DNA of 49,538 bases, from positions 1 through 49,538 of the forward strand of contig JAEEKV010000154.1 in NCBI GenBank assembly GCA_016282595.1. Direction: 5' to 3'. Source of the DNA: Lachnospiraceae bacterium. Lineage in GTDB: Bacteria > Bacillota > Clostridia > Lachnospirales > Lachnospiraceae. The notes beneath the pieces were generated by a model. It saw only the letters and a program-made list of their open reading frames with translations. It had not been told where the DNA came from and did no database searches. The translations under genes and the position numbers were made by a program. Below, piece after piece: positions 28,816-37,503 of this stretch (positions are counted from its first letter, which is position 1; every line of letters begins with the position of its first letter).

Positions 28816-29319
28816 CCCGGCCTGCTCGTATTTTTTCTTGACCAGCTCCATGACCTCGTCCGTCGTGATCTCCAACACAAAGGCCATCTCACTGTGCAGA
28901 TTCTTCTCTGCGATCCTGAAATACCGCTCATCTACCGTCGTCACCTTTTTCCCTTCCGCGGCCCGCTTGTTGCCCCGCAGGTACATAGTCCGAAGGATGC
29001 TCACAAGGCGCCTGGGATCACAGGAGAAAATGGCCTCCTTGTAGATCTGCTCTCTCATTTTATCGCTCTCGATCCAGGTCTCCTCGATCATGACCATCTC
29101 ATCCAGAAGCTGATCCACCTCTTCTCTGGTCATGATGGGACGCACCTGGTGTTTATCACTGTCCACGGGAATATAGAGCTTTCCGCCCTTCTGTCCTTCG
29201 GGTACGATCACGTAGCATTTTTTTCCATCCCGTCTTCCGGGCATGGCCATCGTCACGATATCCGTTACTTTGCAAACCCCTTCGTTAGCGCTTACAACAT
29301 AATCACCGATCTCATACAT
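28807..29319 (-). CDS. CarD/CdnL-family RNA-polymerase-binding transcription regulator
   Basis: The start is trimmed to ATG 29319 (AAGGAGACAGCT-ATG). MYEIGDYVVSANEGVCKVTDI is the CarD_CdnL_TRCF N-terminal domain pattern. About 170 aa. Confidence 0.8.
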   Translation of the reverse strand: MYEIGDYVVSANEGVCKVTDIVTMAMPGRRDGKKCYVIVPEGQKGGKLYIPVDSDKHQVRPIMTREEVDQLLDEMVMIEETWIESDKMREQIYKEAIFSCDPRRLVSILRTMYLRGNKRAAEGKKVTTVDERYFRIAEKNLHSEMAFVLEITTDEVMELVKKKYEQAGMI

Positions 29320-29410
29320 AGCTGTCTCCTTCTTCTGCACTTGGCACTATAAGGCCACAGGCGTGGACCGTCCCCCGGGACGGCAGATCAACCGGTTCCG
29401 TAAAACACCC

Positions 29411-30907
29411 TCAGTTTTTTATCCCCTGCTTTTTTCCCTTGCCATCTTCCCGCTCCTGCTTTTTGGAAAAGAACTCTCTCCAGATCTCAGGATGGAACAG
29501 GATCAGGATCGGGAACAGCTCCAGTCTTCCCGCCAGCATATCGATCATCAGAAGGATCTTAGCCGGAATGGAGAAAAATGCGAAGTTCCCGGTGGGTCCC
29601 ACCATGGAAAGGCCGGGACCGATGTTATTAAAGGTTGCCGCTACTGCGGTAAAATTGGTTACCAGATCGTACTCATCCAGCGAGAGCAACAGCACCGACA
29701 TGCTGAAGATGATCACGTAGGTAATGATATACACATTCAGTGAGCGAAGGACGTCATGCTCCAGGGGCTTGTCCTCGTACTGAATCTTCTTGACGCTCTT
29801 GGGATGGATGTAGGATAACAGCTCCTTTTTCAGCGTCCTTACGGCAATGATGCCGCGGGAAACCTTCATACCGCCTCCGGTACTTCCGGCGCAGGCACCG
29901 ATGAACATCAAAAGCACCAGAATGGATCTGGAAAAACCGGGCCACAGATCAAAGTCCGTGGTGCAAAATCCGGTGGTGGTAATGATGGAGCCTACCTGAA
30001 AGGCCGCATCCGTCAGAGCCTTGAAGCCCGATTCGTACAGGTGTCTGATATTGAGCCAGATGCCGGCAATGGCAGTCAGGATGATGATCAGATACCAGCG
30101 AACCTCCTCCATGGAAAAGCCCTTCTTGATCTGCTTGTACAACAGGAAGTAGTAAAAGTTAAAATTCACGCCGAAGAGGATCATAAACACGGTAATGATC
30201 CATTGCTGCAGCACACTGTAGCTGGCGATGGAATCTCCCCTGATACCGAAGCCTCCGGTACCAGCCGTTCCGAAGGAAAGGGTCAGGCTGTCAAACAAAG
30301 GCATGCCGCTGAAAAGCAGCAGGATCACCTCGATGAGTGTCATAGCCAGATAGATCACGTAAAGGATCCGGGCTGTGGTTTTGATCTTGGGTACCAGCTT
30401 GCCCACAGAGGGCCCGGGGCTTTCCGCCCGCATAAGGTTCATGCTGCCGCCGCCGCTCATGGGCACTACCGCCAGCAAAAACACCAGCACACCCATACCG
30501 CCGATCCAGTGGGTCAGGGACCTCCAGAACAGGGAGCAATGGGACATGGCCTCCACATCCAAAAGGATGGATGCTCCGGTGGTGGTAAAACCGGAGATGG
30601 TCTCAAACAGTGCATCCGCATAAGAAGGAATCTCTCCCGTTGCAAAAAATGGAACGGCACCGAACATGGATAAAATAATCCAGGAAAGGGCTGTGGTCAG
30701 ACATCCTTCCTTCATGTAAAACACGTTGCTGGACGGTCTTTTGTAAGTCATCAGAAGGCCGAAGAGCCCGCAGAGACTGGCAACCGCCACATAGTAAACT
30801 GCCTGTGTTTCCCGATAGATCATTCCCACCAGCCAGGGCAGCATCAAAAGCAGTGCTTCGATCTTTAAAACGCTCCCAAGGACATAGCGGATCATTGGTC
30901 GATTCAT
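29411..30907 (-). CDS. trkH: TrkH/KtrB-family potassium uptake membrane subunit
   Basis: 498 aa and polytopic. Repeated pore-loop motifs are TTTGAS, GTAGTGGF, TTTGFCT and NNIGPG. Confidence 0.9.
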   Translation of the reverse strand: MNRPMIRYVLGSVLKIEALLLMLPWLVGMIYRETQAVYYVAVASLCGLFGLLMTYKRPSSNVFYMKEGCLTTALSWIILSMFGAVPFFATGEIPSYADALFETISGFTTTGASILLDVEAMSHCSLFWRSLTHWIGGMGVLVFLLAVVPMSGGGSMNLMRAESPGPSVGKLVPKIKTTARILYVIYLAMTLIEVILLLFSGMPLFDSLTLSFGTAGTGGFGIRGDSIASYSVLQQWIITVFMILFGVNFNFYYFLLYKQIKKGFSMEEVRWYLIIILTAIAGIWLNIRHLYESGFKALTDAAFQVGSIITTTGFCTTDFDLWPGFSRSILVLLMFIGACAGSTGGGMKVSRGIIAVRTLKKELLSYIHPKSVKKIQYEDKPLEHDVLRSLNVYIITYVIIFSMSVLLLSLDEYDLVTNFTAVAATFNNIGPGLSMVGPTGNFAFFSIPAKILLMIDMLAGRLELFPILILFHPEIWREFFSKKQEREDGKGKKQGIKN

Positions 30908-30950
30908 GGTGATTTCTCTTTTCTTCTCTTATCTTCAGTTTCCCGGTATG

Positions 30951-32357
30951 CTATGCCAGGATATCCAGAATATCATTAAAGCCGGTATGAACCGTTACGA
31001 TGATAACGGTATCTCCTACCCGGATCTCGTCGGTACCTTTGGGGATCAAAATCTTTCCGCCGCGGTTGATACAGGTCACCAGAAGACTGGGCTTTAAGGA
31101 AAGGTTCATAAGAGGAACCCCTGTTACCGCCGACTCCTCCTCGATCTCAAACTCAATGGCCTCGGCCTTTCGATCCACCAGGTAGTACAGGGTACGGATG
31201 TTGTTTCGACCGATGGTGTTGGACATAGCACGCACATAGGCGATAATGGCCTCGGAGGTAATGTATTTCGGAAACAGGATGGATCCTAAATCCAGCTTGT
31301 CAATAACGCTCTTAAAGCCGATGCGGTTGATCTTGGTAATGACCTTGGCATTGGAAAACTGTCTGGCAAACAGGGTGAGGATGATGTTCTCCTCATCGAT
31401 TCCCGTCAGGGGGATAAAGGCTTCCACGCTGTCTACGCCCTCTTCCCGAAGGAGCTCTTCGTCCGAGCCGTCTCCGTTGATGATGATGGCCTTGGGAAGC
31501 AAAATGCTAAGCTCCTCGCAGCGCTTTTTGTCCTGCTCGATGATCCGCACCTCGATGCCGTTTTTCAAAAGCTGTGTTGCCAGATAGTAGGCTGCCCTTC
31601 CGCCGCCGACGATCATGGCGGATCTGGCCTGCCGGATATTGAATCCGATCTTGGACAAAAAGGATCTGGCGATCTTGGGGGTGGAAACAAAGCTGATGAC
31701 ATCATCCTTCTGCAGCACAAATGCACCGGAGGGAATGATGACCTTTTCCTCTCTCTCCACCACGCAGACCAGAAGATTGGATTCCACGTTCCGGTGAAGC
31801 TCCATCAGTGTTTTGCCGTCCAGGATATTGCCTTCCGGGATCTTAAACTTTACCATCTCCGCCTGACCGTGAGCAAAGGAGCCCACCTCAAGGGCCGAGG
31901 GCAAAAGCAAAATGCGGCAGGCCTCCAGGGCTGTTTCCAGCTCCGGATTGATGATCATGGCAAGTCCCAGTTTTTCACGAAGGTAAGCCGACTCCTTACT
32001 GTAATCAGGCGTACGGACTCTGGCGATGGCCGCGCAGTCACCGACCTGTTTTGCCACGGTACAGCACAGAAGATTCAGCTCATCCGAGCCGGTCACGGCA
32101 ATGAACAGATCCGTATCGGCAATGCCCGCCTCGATCTGGACACTGTAGCTGGCGCCGTTTCCCACCATACCCATGATGTCGTAGGTATTGGTCACATTTT
32201 GCACCAGGGCCCCGTCGATATCGATGACGGTGATATCATGTCCTTCCTTGCCAAGCTGCTCTACCAGCGTAACGCCCACTTTTCCGCAGCCGACGATCAT
32301 AATGTGGAGACCCTTGTTCTCCGGCTGGATCGCCTGACTGAATTTCGATAAAAACAT
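30951..32357 (-). CDS. trkA: Trk system NAD-binding peripheral subunit
   Basis: Two RCK/TrkA-N domains: IMIVGCGKVG and AMIVGGGRAAYYLA. The start is uncertain within the first 20 codons. Confidence 0.9.
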   Translation of the reverse strand: MFLSKFSQAIQPENKGLHIMIVGCGKVGVTLVEQLGKEGHDITVIDIDGALVQNVTNTYDIMGMVGNGASYSVQIEAGIADTDLFIAVTGSDELNLLCCTVAKQVGDCAAIARVRTPDYSKESAYLREKLGLAMIINPELETALEACRILLLPSALEVGSFAHGQAEMVKFKIPEGNILDGKTLMELHRNVESNLLVCVVEREEKVIIPSGAFVLQKDDVISFVSTPKIARSFLSKIGFNIRQARSAMIVGGGRAAYYLATQLLKNGIEVRIIEQDKKRCEELSILLPKAIIINGDGSDEELLREEGVDSVEAFIPLTGIDEENIILTLFARQFSNAKVITKINRIGFKSVIDKLDLGSILFPKYITSEAIIAYVRAMSNTIGRNNIRTLYYLVDRKAEAIEFEIEEESAVTGVPLMNLSLKPSLLVTCINRGGKILIPKGTDEIRVGDTVIIVTVHTGFNDILDILA

Positions 32358-32393
32358 TTCCTGCTCCTTTTAACTGCCTGTTTCTTTCAGATC

Positions 32394-33227
32394 TCAGTGA
32401 TGGCCGCCTCCGCCTCCGTGGGAAAATCCGCCGGAGGAAATGTGACCGCCTCCGCCTCCCGATGAAGAGGAGGTTTCGATCTTTCTCTTATGGACGGTCT
32501 TATTGAGGAACATATCTGCCTGGTGCTCCATCTCGGGTTTTCCGTTTGTGACATAGGTCATGGGGGTTGTGGTATCCTTGGCCTTTTCTCCCAGGGCCTG
32601 GATCAAAAAGTAAATAGCGGTGATCACAAGGCTGATGAGAAGCATCAACGGGATGGGCAGCTTCATCTTTTCCGAGGCAGGCATCATATGCTTTGCCACT
32701 TCATTGACGTAGATCCGATAGGCCTCGTAGGGGTTTTCATTCACCACCTCAAAGATGTCCTCCAAAAGACTGTCGATATCCGAAGAGGAATAGGCCGACA
32801 TTACTTTTCCGGAAGTGGAAAACCAGGTATCTCCGTTATAATCTCCGTAGCTGTGCCAGTTGTCCACCAGCACGCAGCCGTCTCCGTGGGGCTTGTCAAA
32901 GCCGAAGGCGTTCTCATCATAAAAATCATCCGCCCAGTTCATCAGGGCATCCTGGGAATCTCCCACAGGCTCGTTCAAGGTCACCAGCACGATGTCGCAG
33001 CCGCAAAGCTGCTCTTTTTCGGCTATTAGGGCCCGAAGGCTCTGTTCCTGGTCATCCGTTAGAAGCTCACCTCTGTCAAATACCCGCTCCGTGGTGCAAT
33101 CCGCATTGTTGCGCTTAATGGGCTCCTTGGGATTGGCACTTCGATAAACGGCAAAACCGATGGTAGCCACCAAAAGGACGGCCAGCAATATGAAGAAAAT
33201 CTTAAAATGTTTCAGATACAGTTTCAT
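32394..33227 (-). CDS. TPM-domain (YgcG/YdjH-like) membrane protein with a Gly/His-rich tail
   Basis: N-terminal TM segment. TPM pattern VFDRGELLTDDQEQSLRALIAEKEQLCGCDIVLVTL. A second TM segment, then the C-terminus SSSSGGGGGHISSGGFSHGGGGGHH. Confidence 0.8.
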   Translation of the reverse strand: MKLYLKHFKIFFILLAVLLVATIGFAVYRSANPKEPIKRNNADCTTERVFDRGELLTDDQEQSLRALIAEKEQLCGCDIVLVTLNEPVGDSQDALMNWADDFYDENAFGFDKPHGDGCVLVDNWHSYGDYNGDTWFSTSGKVMSAYSSSDIDSLLEDIFEVVNENPYEAYRIYVNEVAKHMMPASEKMKLPIPLMLLISLVITAIYFLIQALGEKAKDTTTPMTYVTNGKPEMEHQADMFLNKTVHKRKIETSSSSGGGGGHISSGGFSHGGGGGHH

Positions 33228-33256
33228 GTTTCACCCATTCTCATCCGCACAAAGGC

Positions 33257-34240
33257 TTACAGCAGTCCCATGATCACGTTCCACATGATAAGGATGCAAA
33301 GGATCCCCGCCATCACGGTTCCGGAATACAGCAGCATCTTGATCTTGGACTGGGGAGGATCCCCTACCAGCTTGCCTGTCTGTCCGTTGATGTAAAAGGG
33401 ATACATCTTATCCATGTACTTGTAAAAGTAGGTCCACACCGGAAACATGGCGTAGGTGGTACTGTTGTGCCTGAAGGACACCGCATCGGCACGGCTCGTC
33501 ATGGAGGAATAGCCACTGATGGTCTGCTCCGTAATGCTCTTGGCATCCTCTCTGGCTTTCCCCTGTACCCTGGGCAGGAGCACCTCGCTTTCCATGTTGT
33601 AGCGCTCTGCCAGAAAGCCGGATAGGTACTTGGGATCAAAGTCCTGCAGCTGGGAATAGTCGTAGGGCTCCATGAGATCCATCACCGGATCCGGTTTCTC
33701 ATAGGAGGCATCCACAGGCATCTTTTCGATGGGCACGATCATGGACCGCTCCACCTTGTAGGTGGAATCCTCGGTATATTGATAGCTGCCGGAGGTCCAG
33801 GTCCTTACCTTATGACCGATGGCGGAAATGGTATAGCGTACATCAAAATCATACAGGAAAAAGGGAACATACATCCCTTCCATACCGGAGAGCTTGGCAT
33901 CGGAAAGAAAATCATCCGGCAAAAATCTGCGCCGTCCGAAGTTATCCTTCAGGATCTGCTCCGCATCCTTGTGTCCCTTGGTAAAGGGCAGCAGCATCTT
34001 CGGCTCATACTGTCCCGTAGTGCGCTCCTCTAAGATCACATAGCTGTCGCAGTATTCGCAGCGCAGGGCCGCGTTGTAATCTCCCACCTTCAGCTCGCCG
34101 CCGCAGGCAGGACACAGGATCGTCTCTTCGGAAGGGATGCACTCCTCATTGTCTGTGCTCTCGCAGTAGGGGCAGTACATCTGCTTTCGTTCCGGTGAAT
34201 AGACGGTGTTTCCGCCGCAACTTTTGCATCGAAAGATCAT
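33257..34240 (-). CDS. Double zinc-ribbon membrane protein (YdjG-like)
   Basis: CKSCGG..CPYCES and CPACGG..CEYCDS give four CxxC pairs. C-terminal TM segment: LLYSGTVMAGILCILIMWNVIMGLL. Confidence 0.7.
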   Translation of the reverse strand: MIFRCKSCGGNTVYSPERKQMYCPYCESTDNEECIPSEETILCPACGGELKVGDYNAALRCEYCDSYVILEERTTGQYEPKMLLPFTKGHKDAEQILKDNFGRRRFLPDDFLSDAKLSGMEGMYVPFFLYDFDVRYTISAIGHKVRTWTSGSYQYTEDSTYKVERSMIVPIEKMPVDASYEKPDPVMDLMEPYDYSQLQDFDPKYLSGFLAERYNMESEVLLPRVQGKAREDAKSITEQTISGYSSMTSRADAVSFRHNSTTYAMFPVWTYFYKYMDKMYPFYINGQTGKLVGDPPQSKIKMLLYSGTVMAGILCILIMWNVIMGLL

Positions 34241-34321
34241 GGTCTCTCTCCCTGTATCATACGCAAAAAATAAACGTCATAATCGGATTTATTATACTAC
34301 ATTTCAGGGTAAAAAATCAAA

Positions 34322-37300
34322 TCACATCCCAAGGGTTTTGGCGGGTTTTTGCAACATGGCATCATACTGCTGCTTCAGTTGTGAAGCCGTGCAGGTGCTG
34401 GCCAGTTTTTCAAATCCCGGCCTCTCCGCTATGGGCACGGCTGCGATCTCCATCAGTCTGTGGTCCGCCAGCTTTGCCAGCACGCCCTTTGCATTGGCGT
34501 ATCCGTTTTGCGCCTCCGCATCCCGGATCGTCTCCAGAAAGACCAGCTTGGCAGCGGACAGGGACAGATCGTTTCTTCCAAGGGCCGGTTTTTTCCCGGC
34601 AGCCCCCTGCCTCTTCAGTGCATCAAAACGTCTCTTTTCATTTCGGATGGCTTCCTCCACCCGCTCCTTGGCCTGCTGTTTTTCATCCGGCTCTTTTCCG
34701 CCGTTTTTGATCACGCTCTCCAGATGTTCGATCTTTGCCTCCCGCTCGGCGATCCGCTCATTGACGGTAGGGGTCAGATCCCCGAAATATCTGGTGGATT
34801 TATCAAACTCCTTTCCCACCGCTTCTGTGTCTTTGTAAACCGCCTTCGCAATACTGACAAGCCTGATCACTTCCTTCGCATTGGAGGCCCCGTTTGCACG
34901 TATTATCCGATCCGCATAAATCCCCAGATCAAGAAGTGTCTGCCGGACCTCCTGCAAGGACATATCCGGCCCTATTTCAGCTGCTTTATTCTGTTTTTTC
35001 AGAAACTTTCTTTCTTCTTCCGTTTTCTTCGGACCAATTGCCTTATCACACTTCCCCAGCTGGGTCTTAAAGTGCTTCCCCAACTTGGTGAGATAATCTT
35101 TAAGCTGTTTTTCCTGCTCCAGACGCTCCTTTTCTTTTTCCAGCAATCTTTCATTCTTGCCCTCTTTGTTTTTTTGAGAGGCAAGGTCCAGACCTTTGGC
35201 AAAGTAATTGTTCTCTCTCTGTGCAAAGGTCAACAGGTCACAGACCATATCCATCTTCTCGGCTCTGTCTCCCACCGCCGGGATCTTGGTTTTTTTCATA
35301 TAGGCCTTGCAGGCCTCTATGAGCTTTTTGTTCTGGGCTGCTACCTGCCCCTTGGAGGCATTGGACAGCATAAGCTCATCCAGCTTTCTGATCTCGCTCT
35401 GGACCTGACGCAGCCTCTTGGAGGGATTGGCCAGAACCTTTTCCATCTGCATCAGGGCTTTATCCTTTGCCTTTTCGTACTCGCCCTCCGATTTGTAGGA
35501 CATGGTCAGATTGTTATCATAAAACCAGTTCCGGACCATTTTATGAAGGGCCTTCACTCTGCCCTCCTGCTTGGGTTTTCCCGCATAGACACTGTCTACC
35601 AGCTTTCCCAGCTGGCTGTAGCTGGTCAGGCGGACCACATTGTAGCGCTCATCCGTGATATAGACGCCCTCCGGCATCTGGGAGATCCCGCTTTTACGGT
35701 AGTACTCTCCGGTCTCCGCATCATACAGGCCTACCTGATGGGCACTTCCGTCCTCCGTCCGCGTTCTCTGGGACAGATCGATCTCCGCCAGATCCATACT
35801 GTGGGATGTGGTGGAAATGATGATCCTCTGTGCACCCCTTACGTTCTGGAGCGGGAAGGCCATATCCGTATGCTCCTGTGCCATGGAGCAAAAAACCGTT
35901 GCGTTCAGATTCGGGATCTTCCGAAGGTCATTTTTCCCCAGACGAATATTGGTGCCCGCACCGGGAACCGCATCTCTTTGCAGCAGCACCTTCTTGATCC
36001 TCTCTGCGTAGTCCTTGAATTCCGGATGGGTTTTCTTATTTTTTTCCACATAATCATCCAGCCATCTCTGGATATAATGGACGCTCTCACCGGCGGAAAC
36101 GGCACCTCTGGAATGGCCGGAGATCAGGACATAAATATCCCTGGGTTCTTCCTCTTTTCTGCTCCATTTATCAAAGAGATCCATCACGTATTCTTTGGTG
36201 AGATTCTTCACATAGACTCTGGTATTCTCAATGCTGTAATCCCCGATATTGACCAGATTGGGGCCCTGGATGGAAAACCGGGTCTTATTGATGACGGTAC
36301 CGTCCTTTAATTTATAATCCCTGGTTTTGCAGCGGATACCGGAATAGATCTTACCGTTTTTATCCTCGACCACCTCTCCGTAGGTATCCTTCAGGCTGCC
36401 CTGTATCTCTTCCTCCGTCAGCTCCTTGGCACTCTCTTTTCCGTGCTGTCCCTGATGCTCTCTTCTGGGCATCATATATCCGGTTCCGGCCAGATCAAAC
36501 TCCAGCACCTCATGACCGTCCTTGATCAGTTGATTGCCCAGGGCATGATGGATGGGGATCGTTCTTTCCTCTTCTGTGCCCTGATGAACTTCATCGATCT
36601 CATCGAAGACCTCTTCCCCGAAAACCTCCTTGATGGCCTGGCGGTTGGTTTTTCTCAGACTCCGTGTCCTCTGGGCATAGTTCAGGGGCGTGCTCTCGAT
36701 CTCTTCCCCGGACATCTCTTCCATCACATAGGTACCAAGATCCCTGCTCTTCTGCTTTTCATCATCCGAACGCTTCTGACGGTAGCCTGCCTCCAGAAAG
36801 AGACCCTTGCGGATATCCAGACGCCTTCCCTTCTCTACCACCACCCGGGAGTTAAAGGTACCCTCCTGCCTCAGTGTTTTCTCATAGGCCTTATCCTCCG
36901 GATATTCTCCGTAGGTAGGTACCGCTGACATCGCATCGTTCATCAGATCCACAAGCTTCTGCGAATCCTGCATATTCGTCTGCAGGATGGCTACGACATT
37001 TCCTACCTTGTTGAACATGTCATAGCGCTGATCCATGGTGGTGATCTTCGTATTCGTAAGCTCCTCAAGAAGCTCAAGTCCTTTTGGGTCCTTGGGATCC
37101 ATATTGTCCAGGGCTTCATAGAGACCTGCGAAAAATTCCATATCTCCCACGGTCCACCCGTTTTCGCTTAAACGCATCAGGAAACGGCACTCTCTCGTCT
37201 CCTGATCATTCTCCATTTCCTGCGACACCAGGGCGTCTATCCGTGCCTTCAAGATCGTATTGAAGTTGTAATTGAAATCCGCAACCGTATTGGTCATCAT

Positions 37301-37378
37301 TCCGCCTGCCAGGCGGGCATTTCGATATGCCTCCCAAAGAGGGATGAGCAGATCCTTCAGTGCTTTCGATAATCCCAT
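34322..37378 (-). CDS. 1018-aa cytosolic protein with a putative alpha/beta serine-hydrolase core (GHSRG elbow) and a long K/E-rich coiled-coil C-terminal half
   Basis: No signal peptide or TM segment. IYVLISGHSRGAVSAGE places GHSRG at 36104-36118, aa 421-425. Residues from about 600 to 1018 are helical and coiled-coil-like. The RBS at ATG 37378 is poor, so the start is uncertain (an alternative is M27). Confidence 0.75.
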   Translation of the reverse strand: MGLSKALKDLLIPLWEAYRNARLAGGMMTNTVADFNYNFNTILKARIDALVSQEMENDQETRECRFLMRLSENGWTVGDMEFFAGLYEALDNMDPKDPKGLELLEELTNTKITTMDQRYDMFNKVGNVVAILQTNMQDSQKLVDLMNDAMSAVPTYGEYPEDKAYEKTLRQEGTFNSRVVVEKGRRLDIRKGLFLEAGYRQKRSDDEKQKSRDLGTYVMEEMSGEEIESTPLNYAQRTRSLRKTNRQAIKEVFGEEVFDEIDEVHQGTEEERTIPIHHALGNQLIKDGHEVLEFDLAGTGYMMPRREHQGQHGKESAKELTEEEIQGSLKDTYGEVVEDKNGKIYSGIRCKTRDYKLKDGTVINKTRFSIQGPNLVNIGDYSIENTRVYVKNLTKEYVMDLFDKWSRKEEEPRDIYVLISGHSRGAVSAGESVHYIQRWLDDYVEKNKKTHPEFKDYAERIKKVLLQRDAVPGAGTNIRLGKNDLRKIPNLNATVFCSMAQEHTDMAFPLQNVRGAQRIIISTTSHSMDLAEIDLSQRTRTEDGSAHQVGLYDAETGEYYRKSGISQMPEGVYITDERYNVVRLTSYSQLGKLVDSVYAGKPKQEGRVKALHKMVRNWFYDNNLTMSYKSEGEYEKAKDKALMQMEKVLANPSKRLRQVQSEIRKLDELMLSNASKGQVAAQNKKLIEACKAYMKKTKIPAVGDRAEKMDMVCDLLTFAQRENNYFAKGLDLASQKNKEGKNERLLEKEKERLEQEKQLKDYLTKLGKHFKTQLGKCDKAIGPKKTEEERKFLKKQNKAAEIGPDMSLQEVRQTLLDLGIYADRIIRANGASNAKEVIRLVSIAKAVYKDTEAVGKEFDKSTRYFGDLTPTVNERIAEREAKIEHLESVIKNGGKEPDEKQQAKERVEEAIRNEKRRFDALKRQGAAGKKPALGRNDLSLSAAKLVFLETIRDAEAQNGYANAKGVLAKLADHRLMEIAAVPIAERPGFEKLASTCTASQLKQQYDAMLQKPAKTLGM

Positions 37379-37420
37379 ATGTGATTCGTCCGTTCCCAGG
37401 GCTCCTTGGCTCTGTTCTTA

Positions 37421-37458
37421 TGAAACGAAGACAGGGCGCCCACTTGTCGCCCTGTCTT
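37421..37458 (-). terminator. Probable terminator of ppdK
   Basis: Minus-sense aagacagggcg-(9 nt loop)-cgccctgtctt forms an 11-bp stem followed by CGUUUCA, a weak U tract. Confidence 0.5.
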
Positions 37459-37503
37459 TGTATCCTGTTGTAGTCAGTTCATCTTAGATTCTTCGCATCA
37501 ATC

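Noticed and set aside
32358-32393. c-di-AMP (ydaO/kimA-type) riboswitch upstream of the trkA-trkH potassium transporter genes
   Set aside because: Only 36 nt separate trkA from the upstream TPM gene, so there is no room for a riboswitch. The genes appear to be read through from upstream.
34460-36310. Very long antisense ORFs in the track: 616 aa here, plus 14426-15871 (481 aa), 12518-13720 (400 aa), 41362-42300, 44364-45287, 46052-47023, 11302-12063, 4469-5080 and 9769-10401
   Set aside because: Each lies opposite, or out of frame with, a gene that has clear family signatures. Their translations are low-complexity L/G/H/I/D/R-rich, lack RBSs and show no motifs. They are shadow ORFs arising from codon bias on the true coding strand.
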